From an uncultured Bacteroidota bacterium (lineage in GTDB: Bacteria > Bacteroidota > Rhodothermia > Rhodothermales > DASSAV01), in contig CAWBQO010000006.1 of NCBI GenBank assembly GCA_963790965.1, forward strand, positions 1,139,282 to 1,203,281: 64,000 bases of DNA, written 5' to 3'. A program made the position numbers and the translations under genes. Under the pieces are notes generated by a model. That model made no database searches. It was not told where the DNA came from and saw nothing but the letters and a program-made list of their open reading frames with translations. Every line of letters begins with the position of its first letter. Position 1 is the first letter of the stretch. Below, piece by piece: positions 10,313-20,290 of this stretch.

Positions 10313-11677
10313 ATGCTGAACCTCTCCTGGTCGGATGTGGCGAGCCGGTCCCGATACGTTCTTGGTCATACGGTCGTGCGCAACGCCGCGTCGCTTTTCG
10401 CCGTCCGGATGACGATAAGCGTTACCGCCCTGGCTACGCTTCCTTATCTCGGGCGGGTGCTTGGCCCTGTGGCCTTTGGCGTGTATATCCTGGCCGAATC
10501 GCTGAACGGCGTGCTTTTAACCCTATTCGACTATGGCTTCGGCCTTTCGATTACCCGGGCCATTGCACGCTGCCGCGACAAGCCGGAGGAGATGGCCCGA
10601 ATCGTTGCCGGCGTATACGGTGCCAAACTCCTTCTGCTGCTGGCAGGATTGCTGCTGGCCATAGCAGCTCTTTTTGTCTGGCCTACGTTCATGCAGTTCT
10701 GGCCCTTCTGGCTTGCCGCCGTTCTGTCAGCAGTAATTAGTACGACCATTCCCTGGTGGTTCTTTCAGGGCATCGAGGATCTGCGCTTGCCGGCCGGACT
10801 TAGCATCTCGATGAGGCTCGTTGCCACCGCTGCCGTGTTCGTCTTCATCCGTTCCCCCTCCGACGGGTGGATGGTGGCCGGGCTTGTGGGTCTCACCAGC
10901 CTTCCCATGTCCGTCCTAACGCTTCGCCGGATGTACCAGACCGTCCCGTGGCAACGCCCCTCATGGAGCCTTTCGGCCTCGGTCTTGTGCGAAGGTTGGC
11001 CCCTGTTCCTCGACCAGGCGTCCCGGGTCCTCTACTCGACGGTTAATCCCCTGGTGCTTGGCTTCTTCGCTGCGCCTGCCATTGTCGGTTTTTATGGTGC
11101 AGGTGAGAAGGTCATCCGGATCGTCAGGCAGTTAATAGAGGGCGCATCGACGGCGCTCTACCCGCGCATGAGCAACGTGGTCCTAGCCGACCATGCAAAA
11201 GCGTTTCGAATCAAGAAGCGATTGCTGCTCGGAGCCACGGTGAGCGGTGTCGCTCTCGCGATCGGACTCGTCGCGCTCGGGCCTATCATCGTTCCCATAC
11301 TCATGGGGGCGGAGTACGGTGCGTCCGTACCAGTCTTGCGCATCCTGGCCGTCGCCGTACCTTTGAGTGCGCTTGCAACCGTGTTTGGAGCGCAGTGGCT
11401 GCTGCCGCACGGGCGGGATCGCGCCTTCGCGTCCGCTACGATCTCTGCCGGACTCGTGAACCTGGTCCTCGGCTCCACCCTTGCCTATTTCTACGGCGCG
11501 GTAGGTATGGCCGCCGCGGTGGTCGCAGTGGAAGCGCTCGTGCTGACGATGCTGTGGGCGTTCAGTCGCCGGGTGGGTATCGAGGTTCACAGCGCGGAGA
11601 TGCGCAGCGGCGAAGGGTCCCGTAAGGAATCTGCCGAACCCTCTGCGCCTGCTGCCGGTGCTTTTCCGCCGAAGTAA
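10313..11677 (+). CDS. Oligosaccharide flippase (Wzx/MOP superfamily)
   Basis: 454-aa polytopic membrane protein. N-terminus (VVRNAASLFAVRMTISVTALATLPYLGRVLGPVAFGVY) is typical of Wzx flippases. Confidence 0.75.
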   Translation: MLNLSWSDVASRSRYVLGHTVVRNAASLFAVRMTISVTALATLPYLGRVLGPVAFGVYILAESLNGVLLTLFDYGFGLSITRAIARCRDKPEEMARIVAGVYGAKLLLLLAGLLLAIAALFVWPTFMQFWPFWLAAVLSAVISTTIPWWFFQGIEDLRLPAGLSISMRLVATAAVFVFIRSPSDGWMVAGLVGLTSLPMSVLTLRRMYQTVPWQRPSWSLSASVLCEGWPLFLDQASRVLYSTVNPLVLGFFAAPAIVGFYGAGEKVIRIVRQLIEGASTALYPRMSNVVLADHAKAFRIKKRLLLGATVSGVALAIGLVALGPIIVPILMGAEYGASVPVLRILAVAVPLSALATVFGAQWLLPHGRDRAFASATISAGLVNLVLGSTLAYFYGAVGMAAAVVAVEALVLTMLWAFSRRVGIEVHSAEMRSGEGSRKESAEPSAPAAGAFPPK

Positions 11678-11679
11678 CC

Positions 11680-12918
11680 ATGCGCGTACTCATTCACGAC
11701 TATGCCGGTCATCCCTTCGCCGTCGGCCTCAGCCGAGAACTTGCGCGGCGCGGCCATCAGGTGTGCCACGCCTATTGCGCCTCTCTCGTCACGACGCCAC
11801 AAGGGTCTTTGACAATGCGTCCGGATGACCCTGCGTCATTTGCAGTCGCACCCATTCGGCTCAGCCGGCCGCTGGAGAAGTTTTCGTTTGTACGCCGCTG
11901 GCGGCAGGAGAACGAGTATGGAAGGCTCCTTATAGAAGTCGTTCGGCAGTTCCAGCCTGACGTCGTCCTCTCTGGACAGGCCCCCCTCGACGCGCAGCGA
12001 AGGGTACTTGCCTACTGTCGCCGCGCGAATATTCGCTTTGCATTCTGGCTGCAAGACATCATCGGACTGGCGGCGCACCGGCTCCTGTCCAAGAAAAACG
12101 AACTGCTTGGCAGGCTCGTTGGAGGACACTACATACGCCTTGAAAAGAAGCTACTAAGGCGCAGCGACGCCGTAATTCCCATCGCCGAAAGTTTCCGCCC
12201 GACGCTCGACGGATGGCATGTTGACGGCCGCCTTGTTCACATCGTTGAGAACTGGGCACCTATAGCCGATGTGCCGCTCCGCCCACGGCTGAACGCCTGG
12301 TCGCGCGAACACCTGCTTGACGACCGGTTCTGCTATCTATATTCCGGTACACTCGGGCTCAAACACAACCCCGCCCGGCTTCTGGAGCTTGCCATTCACC
12401 ACCGGGATGACCCCGATGTTATGGTGGTCGTTGTATCGAGCGGCCTTGGAGCCGAGTGGCTCGCCCGGCAGAAAGAGGCCCTGCAGCTTGAGAATCTTCT
12501 CCTGCTGCCCTTCCAATCCTTTGAGCAGATGCAGGATGTGCTCGCCTCGGCAGATGTCCTCATTGCTCTACTCGAGGAAGATGCCGGTATCTTCTCGGTC
12601 CCATCGAAAGTCCTGACCTACCTCTGTGCCGGCCGTGCTCTACTGATGTCCGTCCCGCGTGACAACCTGGCCGTGCAAGTAGTTGACTCGTCCCGGTCCG
12701 GCATCTGCGTGGACCCCCAGGACGTAGCGGGTTTCCTCTCGGGTGCCGACGAGCTTCGCGGAGACGAGCGGCGGCGCAAGGAAATGGGCGAGAACGGCCG
12801 TCTCTACGCGGAGTCCGCTTTCAGCATCGGGAAGGTAGCGGATCGGTTCGAATCCATTCTGCTGCCGCTCCTGCAAGACAACGGCAACAGGAAACAGCCT
12901 GTCGCGAAAGAAGAATGA
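11680..12918 (+). CDS. Glycosyltransferase family 4 (WcaI-like)
   Basis: 412 aa with GT-B fold features. The start is 3 nt after the wzx stop. Confidence 0.8.
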   Translation: MRVLIHDYAGHPFAVGLSRELARRGHQVCHAYCASLVTTPQGSLTMRPDDPASFAVAPIRLSRPLEKFSFVRRWRQENEYGRLLIEVVRQFQPDVVLSGQAPLDAQRRVLAYCRRANIRFAFWLQDIIGLAAHRLLSKKNELLGRLVGGHYIRLEKKLLRRSDAVIPIAESFRPTLDGWHVDGRLVHIVENWAPIADVPLRPRLNAWSREHLLDDRFCYLYSGTLGLKHNPARLLELAIHHRDDPDVMVVVVSSGLGAEWLARQKEALQLENLLLLPFQSFEQMQDVLASADVLIALLEEDAGIFSVPSKVLTYLCAGRALLMSVPRDNLAVQVVDSSRSGICVDPQDVAGFLSGADELRGDERRRKEMGENGRLYAESAFSIGKVADRFESILLPLLQDNGNRKQPVAKEE

Positions 12919-14153
12919 ATACCATCCGGAAAATTGCGGTTCATTGGCCTCGCTTCGGGCCGTATCACATTGCCCGGCTTCAGGCTGCGAATTCATTTCT
13001 TGTGGAGCGCGGCGTGGAACTCGTCGGCCTCGAGACGGCGGGCACCGACGAAATGTACGCCTGGCAGCGAGAAGATGCCGTATTGCCCTTCTCCCGCGCC
13101 CAGGTCTTTCCAGGATCGTCGTTTGAAACCGTACGGCCAAGAGAAATGCACCGACGTGTGACCGAGGCCCTTGACCAGATTCAGCCGGATGCCGTCGCAA
13201 TAAGCTCGTACAGCTTCCCGGACGCGCGTGCCTGCCTCGCGTGGTGCCGTCGAAACAGAAGGGTGGCCGTGCTCATGACCGACACCCGGGAGGACGACGT
13301 GCGCCGCCACCCTCTCCGCGAAGCCGTCAAGAAGGCCATCGCTTCCCAGTTCGACTCGGCTTTTATAAGCGGCACGCCACATCAACGCTACTTCGAAAAG
13401 CTCGGTATGCCCTCCGACGTAATCGTTCAGGGGTGCAGCGTCGTGGACAATGCCTACTTTGCGTCCGGCGCGTCAAGCCGTCCTGAGCTCAACTTGCCCG
13501 ATGTTAAAGACGATCAGCCGTTCTTTCTCGCCTCCAACAGATTCATTCGGCGCAAGAACCTCGATACGCTCATTCGCGCCTATGCCGCGTACCGGCAGCA
13601 TGCACAGAACCCCTGGCCTCTGGTTCTGCTTGGCGACGGGCCCGAGCGAGCCGCGTTGGAAAGGCTGATTGCGGAGGAGGGTGTCATGGGCGTCGCGTTT
13701 GCGGGCTTCAGGCAGATCGAGGAGCTTCCGGCCTATTATGCCCGCGCCACGGCGTTCATTCACCCCGCCCTGTCAGAGCAGTGGGGCCTCGTCGTCAACG
13801 AAGCAATGGCGGCCTCGCTGCCGGTGGTCGTGTCCCGCGGCGTCGGCTGTGCCGAAGACCTGGTCACCCACGGCGAAAATGGACTGCTGTTCGATCCCTA
13901 CAACCCTTCTGAGCTTACGGCTCACTTGACGTACCTTGCCACTCATGATGATCAGCGTCGGTTGATGGGTGAAGCGGCGGCTCGGCGCATAGCCTCCTGG
14001 AATCTGTCGCGATTTGCGGAGGGACTCTGGGACGCGGTGCAGCGGGGAAGCCCGCGATCGAACAGAGGGCTGGACCTTTTACCTTCGGCCATCTTGCGTC
14101 TGCTACTCCTGGCGGCTTCCCGGCCCAATTCCTTCCACAAGGTAGAAGCCTGA
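12915..14153 (+). CDS. Glycosyltransferase family 4
   Basis: 412 aa. C-terminal GT1/GT4 region FIHPALSEQWGLVVNEAMAASLPVVVS (E-x7-E). Overlaps the upstream stop. Confidence 0.8.
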   Translation: MNTIRKIAVHWPRFGPYHIARLQAANSFLVERGVELVGLETAGTDEMYAWQREDAVLPFSRAQVFPGSSFETVRPREMHRRVTEALDQIQPDAVAISSYSFPDARACLAWCRRNRRVAVLMTDTREDDVRRHPLREAVKKAIASQFDSAFISGTPHQRYFEKLGMPSDVIVQGCSVVDNAYFASGASSRPELNLPDVKDDQPFFLASNRFIRRKNLDTLIRAYAAYRQHAQNPWPLVLLGDGPERAALERLIAEEGVMGVAFAGFRQIEELPAYYARATAFIHPALSEQWGLVVNEAMAASLPVVVSRGVGCAEDLVTHGENGLLFDPYNPSELTAHLTYLATHDDQRRLMGEAAARRIASWNLSRFAEGLWDAVQRGSPRSNRGLDLLPSAILRLLLLAASRPNSFHKVEA

Positions 14154-14171
14154 GAAGGCGAAGAGGCACTA

Positions 14172-14748
14172 TTGAACGTTCTGATGATCCATCACTTTCA
14201 TCGATCTCACGTGCCGAGCGGAGAGGACGCGGTCGTCTCGCGGGAACTGGACCTGTTGAAGGCCGGAGATCACGAGGTCGAACTGTACGCCCGCTAAAAC
14301 GATCAAGCGGATTCGTCGTCTCTGTTAGATGTGGCGCGCACGGCCTCTCGGATTCAGTAGCTTTCTGGGTCGGAAAAGCCCGGAAGAGGTCGTCGAGCTG
14401 ATGAGGTAAGCGACTTGTGTTGTCTCTCCGTCGGTGTGCGAGGAAACATTCGGACTCTCACTCGTGGAGGCCTTTGCCACCGCTACCGCCGTCGTTGCTT
14501 CCGACCTCGGCGGCACAAGCGAGATCGTCACCCGGGACGTTGGACGCCTCTTTCCCTCCGGCGACGCGGCCTCACTGGCCAAACACCTGAGGTTCTTCGC
14601 TGATAATGTGCCTGAACCCGCCCGCATGGGTGCCGCGGCGCGCGCAAGGTGGGGAGATCTTTATAGACCGGCCGCTAACCTCGAAACCCTCGAATCGGTT
14701 TATTCGAGCGCCATGCGCCTGCCCGTGTGTGCCTCATCGCGCCCCTAA
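14172..14748 (+). pseudogene. Decayed GT4 glycosyltransferase (N-terminal stub plus C-terminal fragment, central part lost)
   Basis: 14172-14297 encodes LNVLMIHHFHRSHVPSGEDAVVSRELDLLKAGDHEVELYAR then a stop, a typical GT4 N-terminus. 14434-14748 encodes CEETFGLSLVEAFATATAVVASDLGG..., the GT4 E-x7-E region and tail. Only about 135 nt separate the pieces, in different frames. Confidence 0.6.
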
Positions 14749-15024
14749 CCTTCTGTGCCGCACGACCAGGCAAGCCCTGAATGGAACAACACTTCTTTAG
14801 ATTGGTGGCCCACGGCAGGCTTGACTGGACAGGGGCGGCCTGAAGTGAAGTACGTCATCGCTAACGGTTCTACGGATGTGTCCGGCTGCGGAACGTGTCC
14901 TGATGGGCACCTGCCATCATGCAGAACGGCATCCCTTTCGATCAGCGTGGACGTGGGGCCGGCGCAATCGACTCAGTCTCCACCGATGCCCGACAAGGCA
15001 AATAACGACCTCGCCGACGGAGGT

Positions 15025-15966
15025 TCAACGGAATTGCGACCGCAATTCGGCGGCGAATTCCGCCGGTAGCCGGTCGCTATCGGACAACTGCACCTCGCGG
15101 TGTGGTGCTTCCCCATAGAGCGGATGCGGAAGCTGTGATGGATACCAGATCGCAGGCTTCCGCCCCAAAAAGGCGGACCATAAGGAGAACGTCGAACCAG
15201 ATGTGATGAGCATCCCGCACTCGGAAAGTGCCAGGACGTCGGCAATACTGGAGCCAAAGAACACGCGCTCGACATCAGGAAGCTGCAGGAGCGGTGCGAG
15301 GTCGGAGTCTGACCCGTCCGAGAAGATGCGTATCGGAACTGCCGGACCGAGAAGGTCTCTGACCTTCCGGACCTGTGCCACATACCACGTAATCGGGATG
15401 CGCACCGTGAGCAGAATCTTGCTCAAACTTCCTGTGTCGGCGGGCAAAAAATCTCCCAAGCGCACATGTATGCCGACGCACTGTGAAAGGCCACGCGCTG
15501 CCGGCGGCTTCCACTGCGGACGGGTTATTCGAAGGAGTTCTTCTCTTACTACCTCGTAGTCGGAGATGAATGGTTCAAAGAACCCTTCCATTCCGCTGAA
15601 AACCACTACTCTCGCCTTGTCGCTATCACTCCACGGGGCGATGAGGCTCGGAAGACCGGCCTCCGGCACGCGACTCGCCCCGGCTAAAAGGCGGAGCTTC
15701 TGCCATCCCGTGATATATCCCTCAGCAGGGCTAAACAGATTGTGATACGTTCGTTTGTCGCGGTCGCCGGCGCGAAACGGCTTGTCAATTACCTGGGGCC
15801 AGGTGGGCCAGATGAGCGGCGCGCCGAGCGATCTGGACGCCACCACGGCCCTTGCCCATGGAAACAGATGGTTGCCTAAACCCACACCGCCGATGCGAAC
15901 AGCAAGAAGGTCGACCTTAGAACGGAGTTTTGGATAGAGATAGACGTTTGATTGGGGCAGGGGCAT
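15025..15966 (-). CDS. Putative GT11-like glycosyltransferase (alpha-1,2-fucosyltransferase family)
   Basis: 313 aa. GGVGLGNHLFPWA resembles the GT11 N-terminal GGLGNQ.FQYA. GIHVRLGDF resembles the GT11 HVRRGDY motif. It is the only minus-strand gene of the cluster. Confidence 0.55.
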   Translation of the reverse strand: MPLPQSNVYLYPKLRSKVDLLAVRIGGVGLGNHLFPWARAVVASRSLGAPLIWPTWPQVIDKPFRAGDRDKRTYHNLFSPAEGYITGWQKLRLLAGASRVPEAGLPSLIAPWSDSDKARVVVFSGMEGFFEPFISDYEVVREELLRITRPQWKPPAARGLSQCVGIHVRLGDFLPADTGSLSKILLTVRIPITWYVAQVRKVRDLLGPAVPIRIFSDGSDSDLAPLLQLPDVERVFFGSSIADVLALSECGMLITSGSTFSLWSAFLGRKPAIWYPSQLPHPLYGEAPHREVQLSDSDRLPAEFAAELRSQFR

Positions 15967-16303
15967 GGAGGATGCGGGGCGGAAATGCTTCGGACGCGGT
16001 CCGCCAAATTACGTCAACCGGCGGAAGGCGTCACCCTGGAGCCAAACATTCATGCCCGACTTTTCAATTCCTCCAGAACACCGGTCGACCTGCGTAACCT
16101 TCGCCTGTGCTAATTCGTACTTTCTATGCGGCCCCAGTCACGCTTCTTTGTCGCACACGACTATGCACAGGCGCGACCTACGGCCGAAAGGGATAGCGTC
16201 TTGGAGGGTCAGCCTGCCTGGATAGCTAAGGGGGCAACCGATGCGCTCTGGCGCGGCTCGCGCGGCATCCGAAATCATTCCTCTCCGTCAAAGAGTAGTT
16301 CTC

Positions 16304-17443
16304 ATGCAAGCCGGCAACTTCGCGTCAGTATTTGTTATAGGCAGATTTCCGCCGCCGCTCGACGGGCAGAGCATCAGCACGAGACGGCTGGCGGAGCTAC
16401 TCGAAGGAAACAGACAGGTTGAGAGGGTAAACACGTCTCCGCCGGACTCTAAATTTGTGGTTGCAGAGGCCAAGGTTCGGATTGGCCGAATAGTTCATTA
16501 TGCGGTGCTGCTGCCGAGCCTGAGGAGGAAGCTCCGCAGAGCGCCGGAGGCTCCAGTGCTGTGGGCGTCCATTTCCCCTGTTAAACTGGGACACTGGCGG
16601 GACATGCTCACCGTCTTCCCTGCCTTTGGTCCTGAACGGAAGGTTTTTGCAGTGGTTCATCGCGCCACGTTCGAGCAGGTGTTTACTTCGCCACTCACGT
16701 CATGGTCCGGCAGGCTCCTCGCAGAGCGACTGTCCGGATTCGTGTTCCTGGATGAGCAACTTGCCAGTGCGTGTGCCCCGTGGATTCCGGACGGGAAGCG
16801 ATTCGTGATTCCCAATACCGTTGAAGCGGCTGTCTTGTGCAGTGAAGACGCGCTCCGCGAGAAGCGACGTGACCGCGCCGGACGCTCGCAGCTGAGGCTC
16901 CTTTTTCTTGCCGGTATGATGCCCGAAAAGGGCTACTGGGATGTTCTGGAGGCTATCAAGATACTCCGGCAGCGAGGTGTATCCGTTCAGGCAAAGTTCG
17001 CCGGCGGCTGGGTACATCCCAAAGATGAAGCGGCTTTTGATCAATTTCTCAGCGAGAATGATCTGAGAGGGTTGGCGACGCACATTGGTGCAGTTAAGGA
17101 GCGCGGCCGAGTGAAGGAGCTGCATCTCTGGGCCGATGTGTTTCTGCTCCCAACCTACCACCCAACAGAAGCGCAGCCGATCTCGCTCATAGAAGCCATG
17201 AATGCGGGTACACCATTGATCGTCTCGCCACAGGGGGGCGTCGCGCAGATGGTTCAATCAGGACGTGAGGGCCTGCACGTACCGTCCCGCACGCCGTCGG
17301 CCATCGCTGACGCAGTGGAGCAGCTCGTTGATAACGAAACGTGGTTGGGTATGTCACTGAATGCGCGCGCGCGCTTCGACGCCACGTATGGTCCAGATGT
17401 CGTGCTGAAGCAGTGGGTGGCTCTTCTTGATAGTCAAAGATGA
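16304..17443 (+). CDS. Glycosyltransferase family 4
   Basis: ATG 16304 within the ORF open from 16241. C-terminal LLPTYHPTEAQPISLIEAMNAGTPLIVS (E-x7-E). Confidence 0.8.
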   Translation: MQAGNFASVFVIGRFPPPLDGQSISTRRLAELLEGNRQVERVNTSPPDSKFVVAEAKVRIGRIVHYAVLLPSLRRKLRRAPEAPVLWASISPVKLGHWRDMLTVFPAFGPERKVFAVVHRATFEQVFTSPLTSWSGRLLAERLSGFVFLDEQLASACAPWIPDGKRFVIPNTVEAAVLCSEDALREKRRDRAGRSQLRLLFLAGMMPEKGYWDVLEAIKILRQRGVSVQAKFAGGWVHPKDEAAFDQFLSENDLRGLATHIGAVKERGRVKELHLWADVFLLPTYHPTEAQPISLIEAMNAGTPLIVSPQGGVAQMVQSGREGLHVPSRTPSAIADAVEQLVDNETWLGMSLNARARFDATYGPDVVLKQWVALLDSQR

Positions 17444-17581
17444 GGCGCACGGTCCAGTAGAGAAAGGCTAATGTGCCGCTGCGAAGATGTAACCTTCCTC
17501 GCTTGAAACTCGTAATCTGAACAACCCGGCCTATCGATCCCGGCAAGTGGTTCTTACTTCCGCCTTCTCTGTGTTGCTGCC

Positions 17582-19153
17582 ATGAGATCCCTCCCTTTTG
17601 CTGCACTTTGCGCCGTTCTCGCGCTTCTCACAGCCCCCGCCACTTTCGCGCAGGGCGTCGATGTGGATTCGATTTCCGTTGAGGTTCATCGCGCGACGGA
17701 GCGGGCGCGCGGCGTCTCTGCGGAGGCGCTCGTGGATACTCGTGCCCGGCTGAGCCAGGCGCAGGCGGATGTGCGCGAGGCCAGGATGCGCGCCGAGGAA
17801 GCAGGACAAAAAGAGCTGGTGCTCCGACTCAAAGCGCTCGAACTGGACCTGATCGAGGCGCTCGGCGCGCTCGAAGGCGACGGTCCGCCGGTTGCAGAAC
17901 GCGAAAGCGCGGTCAATGAGCCGGCCTGGGAGGCCCCCGATACCTCCTCCACGCGGCCCTCCTGGTGGGGGCGCGGCCACCGGCATCACAGCGACACGGC
18001 GGCAGCTCGCAGCCATTCCGGCGCGACCGTCGACTGGCGGCTCAAAGCGCCGACCCGCAGCGCCGCCGTCATGGTGGGCGAGTTTCCTAATCGTTGGCCG
18101 TTCGCTGAAACGGCGCTCTACCGAGAAACGCCGGCGCTTAGGTACAACCGCGTCGACGGCTTCGTACTCGGCCTCGCGCGCGACCCGCTGCAGTGGGATG
18201 AACCGGATCAGGCCAAGGTCTACGGACAGGTGGGCTATGCCTTCGGCCTCGACAAATGGCGTTACGAGATCGGTGTCGAGGCGCGGCCGTTCCTTTCATC
18301 CGATGAAACGTACGGCCTGAAGCTCGGCGCGTCTTACCGCTACAACACCGTCACGAATGATCTCTGGAAAGCGAACTGGATCGAAAACTCGCTCGCCTTC
18401 TTCTTTTTCCGCAACGACTTCTTCGACTATTACGGCGTGGAGGGCTGGACGTTCTATGCCGTGCAGCGACTCTCGCCCAAGCTTCAGGTGAGCGCCGGGT
18501 TCCGCACGGAGGATCATAGTTCGCTGCGGCAGACGAGCCACTGGTCGCTCTTCGGCGGCGATCCGGTGCCGTACAACCCTTCCGTCACGCAGGGCCGAAT
18601 GAAAACGTTCGTGGCCGCGCTCGAAGGCGGCGCGGTGTCTGACCTGAACGAGTTTCCTCGCGGCTGGGCGTTCCGGGCCGACGGGGAAACCGGAGATTCC
18701 CCCATCGGCACCTTCCGCAGTCTTACCGGCGACGTGCGCGCATACGTGCCCGTCTCCCGCTTCAGCTACCTGGCCCTTCGGCTGCGCGGCGGAACGGCGG
18801 GCGGCGACGTGCCGCTCCAGAATCGGTTCAGCATTGGCGGCATTGGTACGGTGAGAGGTTACGAGCAGAACTATATTGGCGGCACGAGCATCGCCCTCGC
18901 CAACGCGGAGTACGCCATTGGCAATGCGAGCCCGTTCGACGACGTGTTTGAAGACGCGCAGATCTTTGGCTTCTTCGACGCCGGGCGCGTCGGGGGATCG
19001 CGCTTCGGTTCAGCGGATGAGTGGCTGACTTCGGCCGGCCTCGGCATCTCGCTCGACGAACGCAATCTGCGGTTCGAACTGGCCTTCCCGCTTCAGGACT
19101 CGCCCTTTGGCAACGGACCTACGCTCTGGTTCCGCCTCAGCCCCACGTTCTGA
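17582..19153 (+). CDS. Omp85/surface-antigen (D15) family outer-membrane protein
   Basis: Signal peptide ending TAPATFAQG. C-terminal beta-barrel with FSIGGIGTVRGYEQNYIGGTSIALANAEY and a terminal F. Confidence 0.7.
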   Translation: MRSLPFAALCAVLALLTAPATFAQGVDVDSISVEVHRATERARGVSAEALVDTRARLSQAQADVREARMRAEEAGQKELVLRLKALELDLIEALGALEGDGPPVAERESAVNEPAWEAPDTSSTRPSWWGRGHRHHSDTAAARSHSGATVDWRLKAPTRSAAVMVGEFPNRWPFAETALYRETPALRYNRVDGFVLGLARDPLQWDEPDQAKVYGQVGYAFGLDKWRYEIGVEARPFLSSDETYGLKLGASYRYNTVTNDLWKANWIENSLAFFFFRNDFFDYYGVEGWTFYAVQRLSPKLQVSAGFRTEDHSSLRQTSHWSLFGGDPVPYNPSVTQGRMKTFVAALEGGAVSDLNEFPRGWAFRADGETGDSPIGTFRSLTGDVRAYVPVSRFSYLALRLRGGTAGGDVPLQNRFSIGGIGTVRGYEQNYIGGTSIALANAEYAIGNASPFDDVFEDAQIFGFFDAGRVGGSRFGSADEWLTSAGLGISLDERNLRFELAFPLQDSPFGNGPTLWFRLSPTF

Positions 19154-19156
19154 CGC

Positions 19157-19618
19157 TCAGTGCTTGCCGGTTGACCCGAATCCACCTGCCCCTCGCTCCG
19201 TCTCTCCGAGCGAGGCCTGCTCGTCCCATTCCACGCGGGAATGGGCGGCCACGACCATCTGCGCCACGCGCTCGCCTCGCCGGACGACGAACGGCTCCTC
19301 GCCGTGGTTGATGAGGATGACTTTGATCTCGCCCCTGTAGTCCGCGTCTATGGTGCCGGGGCTGTTCAGGACCGTCACCCCGTGCTTTGCCGCAAGTCCG
19401 CTGCGAGGCCGCACCTGGGCTTCGTAACCGACGGGGAGCGCGATGGCAAGGCCGGTCGGGACGAGGGCGTACCGGCCGGGACCGAGCGTCAGCGGCTCGT
19501 CCTCGGGAACGGCCGCCCGCAGGTCCATGCCCGCGCTCGCCCCGGTGGCATAAAAAGGCAGATCGATATCCGACGCGTGCGAAAAGCGGGTGACAGAAAG
19601 TTCTATGGAGTGGGACAT
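19157..19618 (-). CDS. dut: dUTP diphosphatase
   Basis: 153 aa. Motifs [19 protein letters not shown] and [10 protein letters not shown]. Confidence 0.9.
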   Translation of the reverse strand: MSHSIELSVTRFSHASDIDLPFYATGASAGMDLRAAVPEDEPLTLGPGRYALVPTGLAIALPVGYEAQVRPRSGLAAKHGVTVLNSPGTIDADYRGEIKVILINHGEEPFVVRRGERVAQMVVAAHSRVEWDEQASLGETERGAGGFGSTGKH

Positions 19619-20290
19619 CTGCGGGTCGAAGTTGATAGCGTGAAGAGTCGTTAAGAGGCGGGAAGATTACGGGTAGCTGCCAAACACAGCAGGCGCTCTG
19701 CACTGTACAAACGCGCAGACGCTCGAGATTCAAGGGGTAACGCCGGCGCTGCTGCGATGTATGTTTCTGGTGAATGGAGTCCGGAACTGCCGCAGGGAGA
19801 ACCCACGTCCGCGCGTGAAGCCGGACGAAGCGTGGCAAGAGACTGTTGATTGACTATTGATCCATCACAGATTTACACGCGTTTATATGCCGCTGGAATG
19901 CGGGCTAACACTCCACTGACCCTCCCTCAGGCGTGAGGTTGCTTCGGTACTTTGATCCATAGTGCCAGCTACACAGGGCGCTTTCTACAATATCAGCAGT
20001 CTCTTGGCCTACGCGCCCGTACTGAAATAAGAGGAGAGGACGACAAGAGCTATCAGTGCTCGTTCAATGAAAAGCTACTACCCACCGTCAACCCGTTTCA
20101 CATCGGGGATAAGGTTGCTGCGTATGTCGGGGAGCGGACATTCTTCAATACGGCCCCGTGGCGACCCGTACGCGATTCGCATTGAAGACGATCCGGATCT
20201 TGAGCGATTTAGGTCAGCAGGTCTGACTTCGTAATGCACCTTCCCCTCCACCAAGCCGCCGCGCCGGCACGGGGCACACCTGCGTCTGCT

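Noticed and set aside
12845-12855. tRNA-like T-loop GGTTCGAATCC
   Set aside because: The flanking bases cannot form a T-stem or acceptor stem. It lies in frame inside a glycosyltransferase gene (..ADRFESIL..).
20245-20253. tmRNA 3' end (CCTCCACCA) in the dut-mrdA gap
   Set aside because: No T-arm (GGTTCGAATCC-like stem-loop) precedes it. No matching 5' acceptor strand was found, and no tag ORF ending in ALAA-stop is present in the upstream 400 nt.
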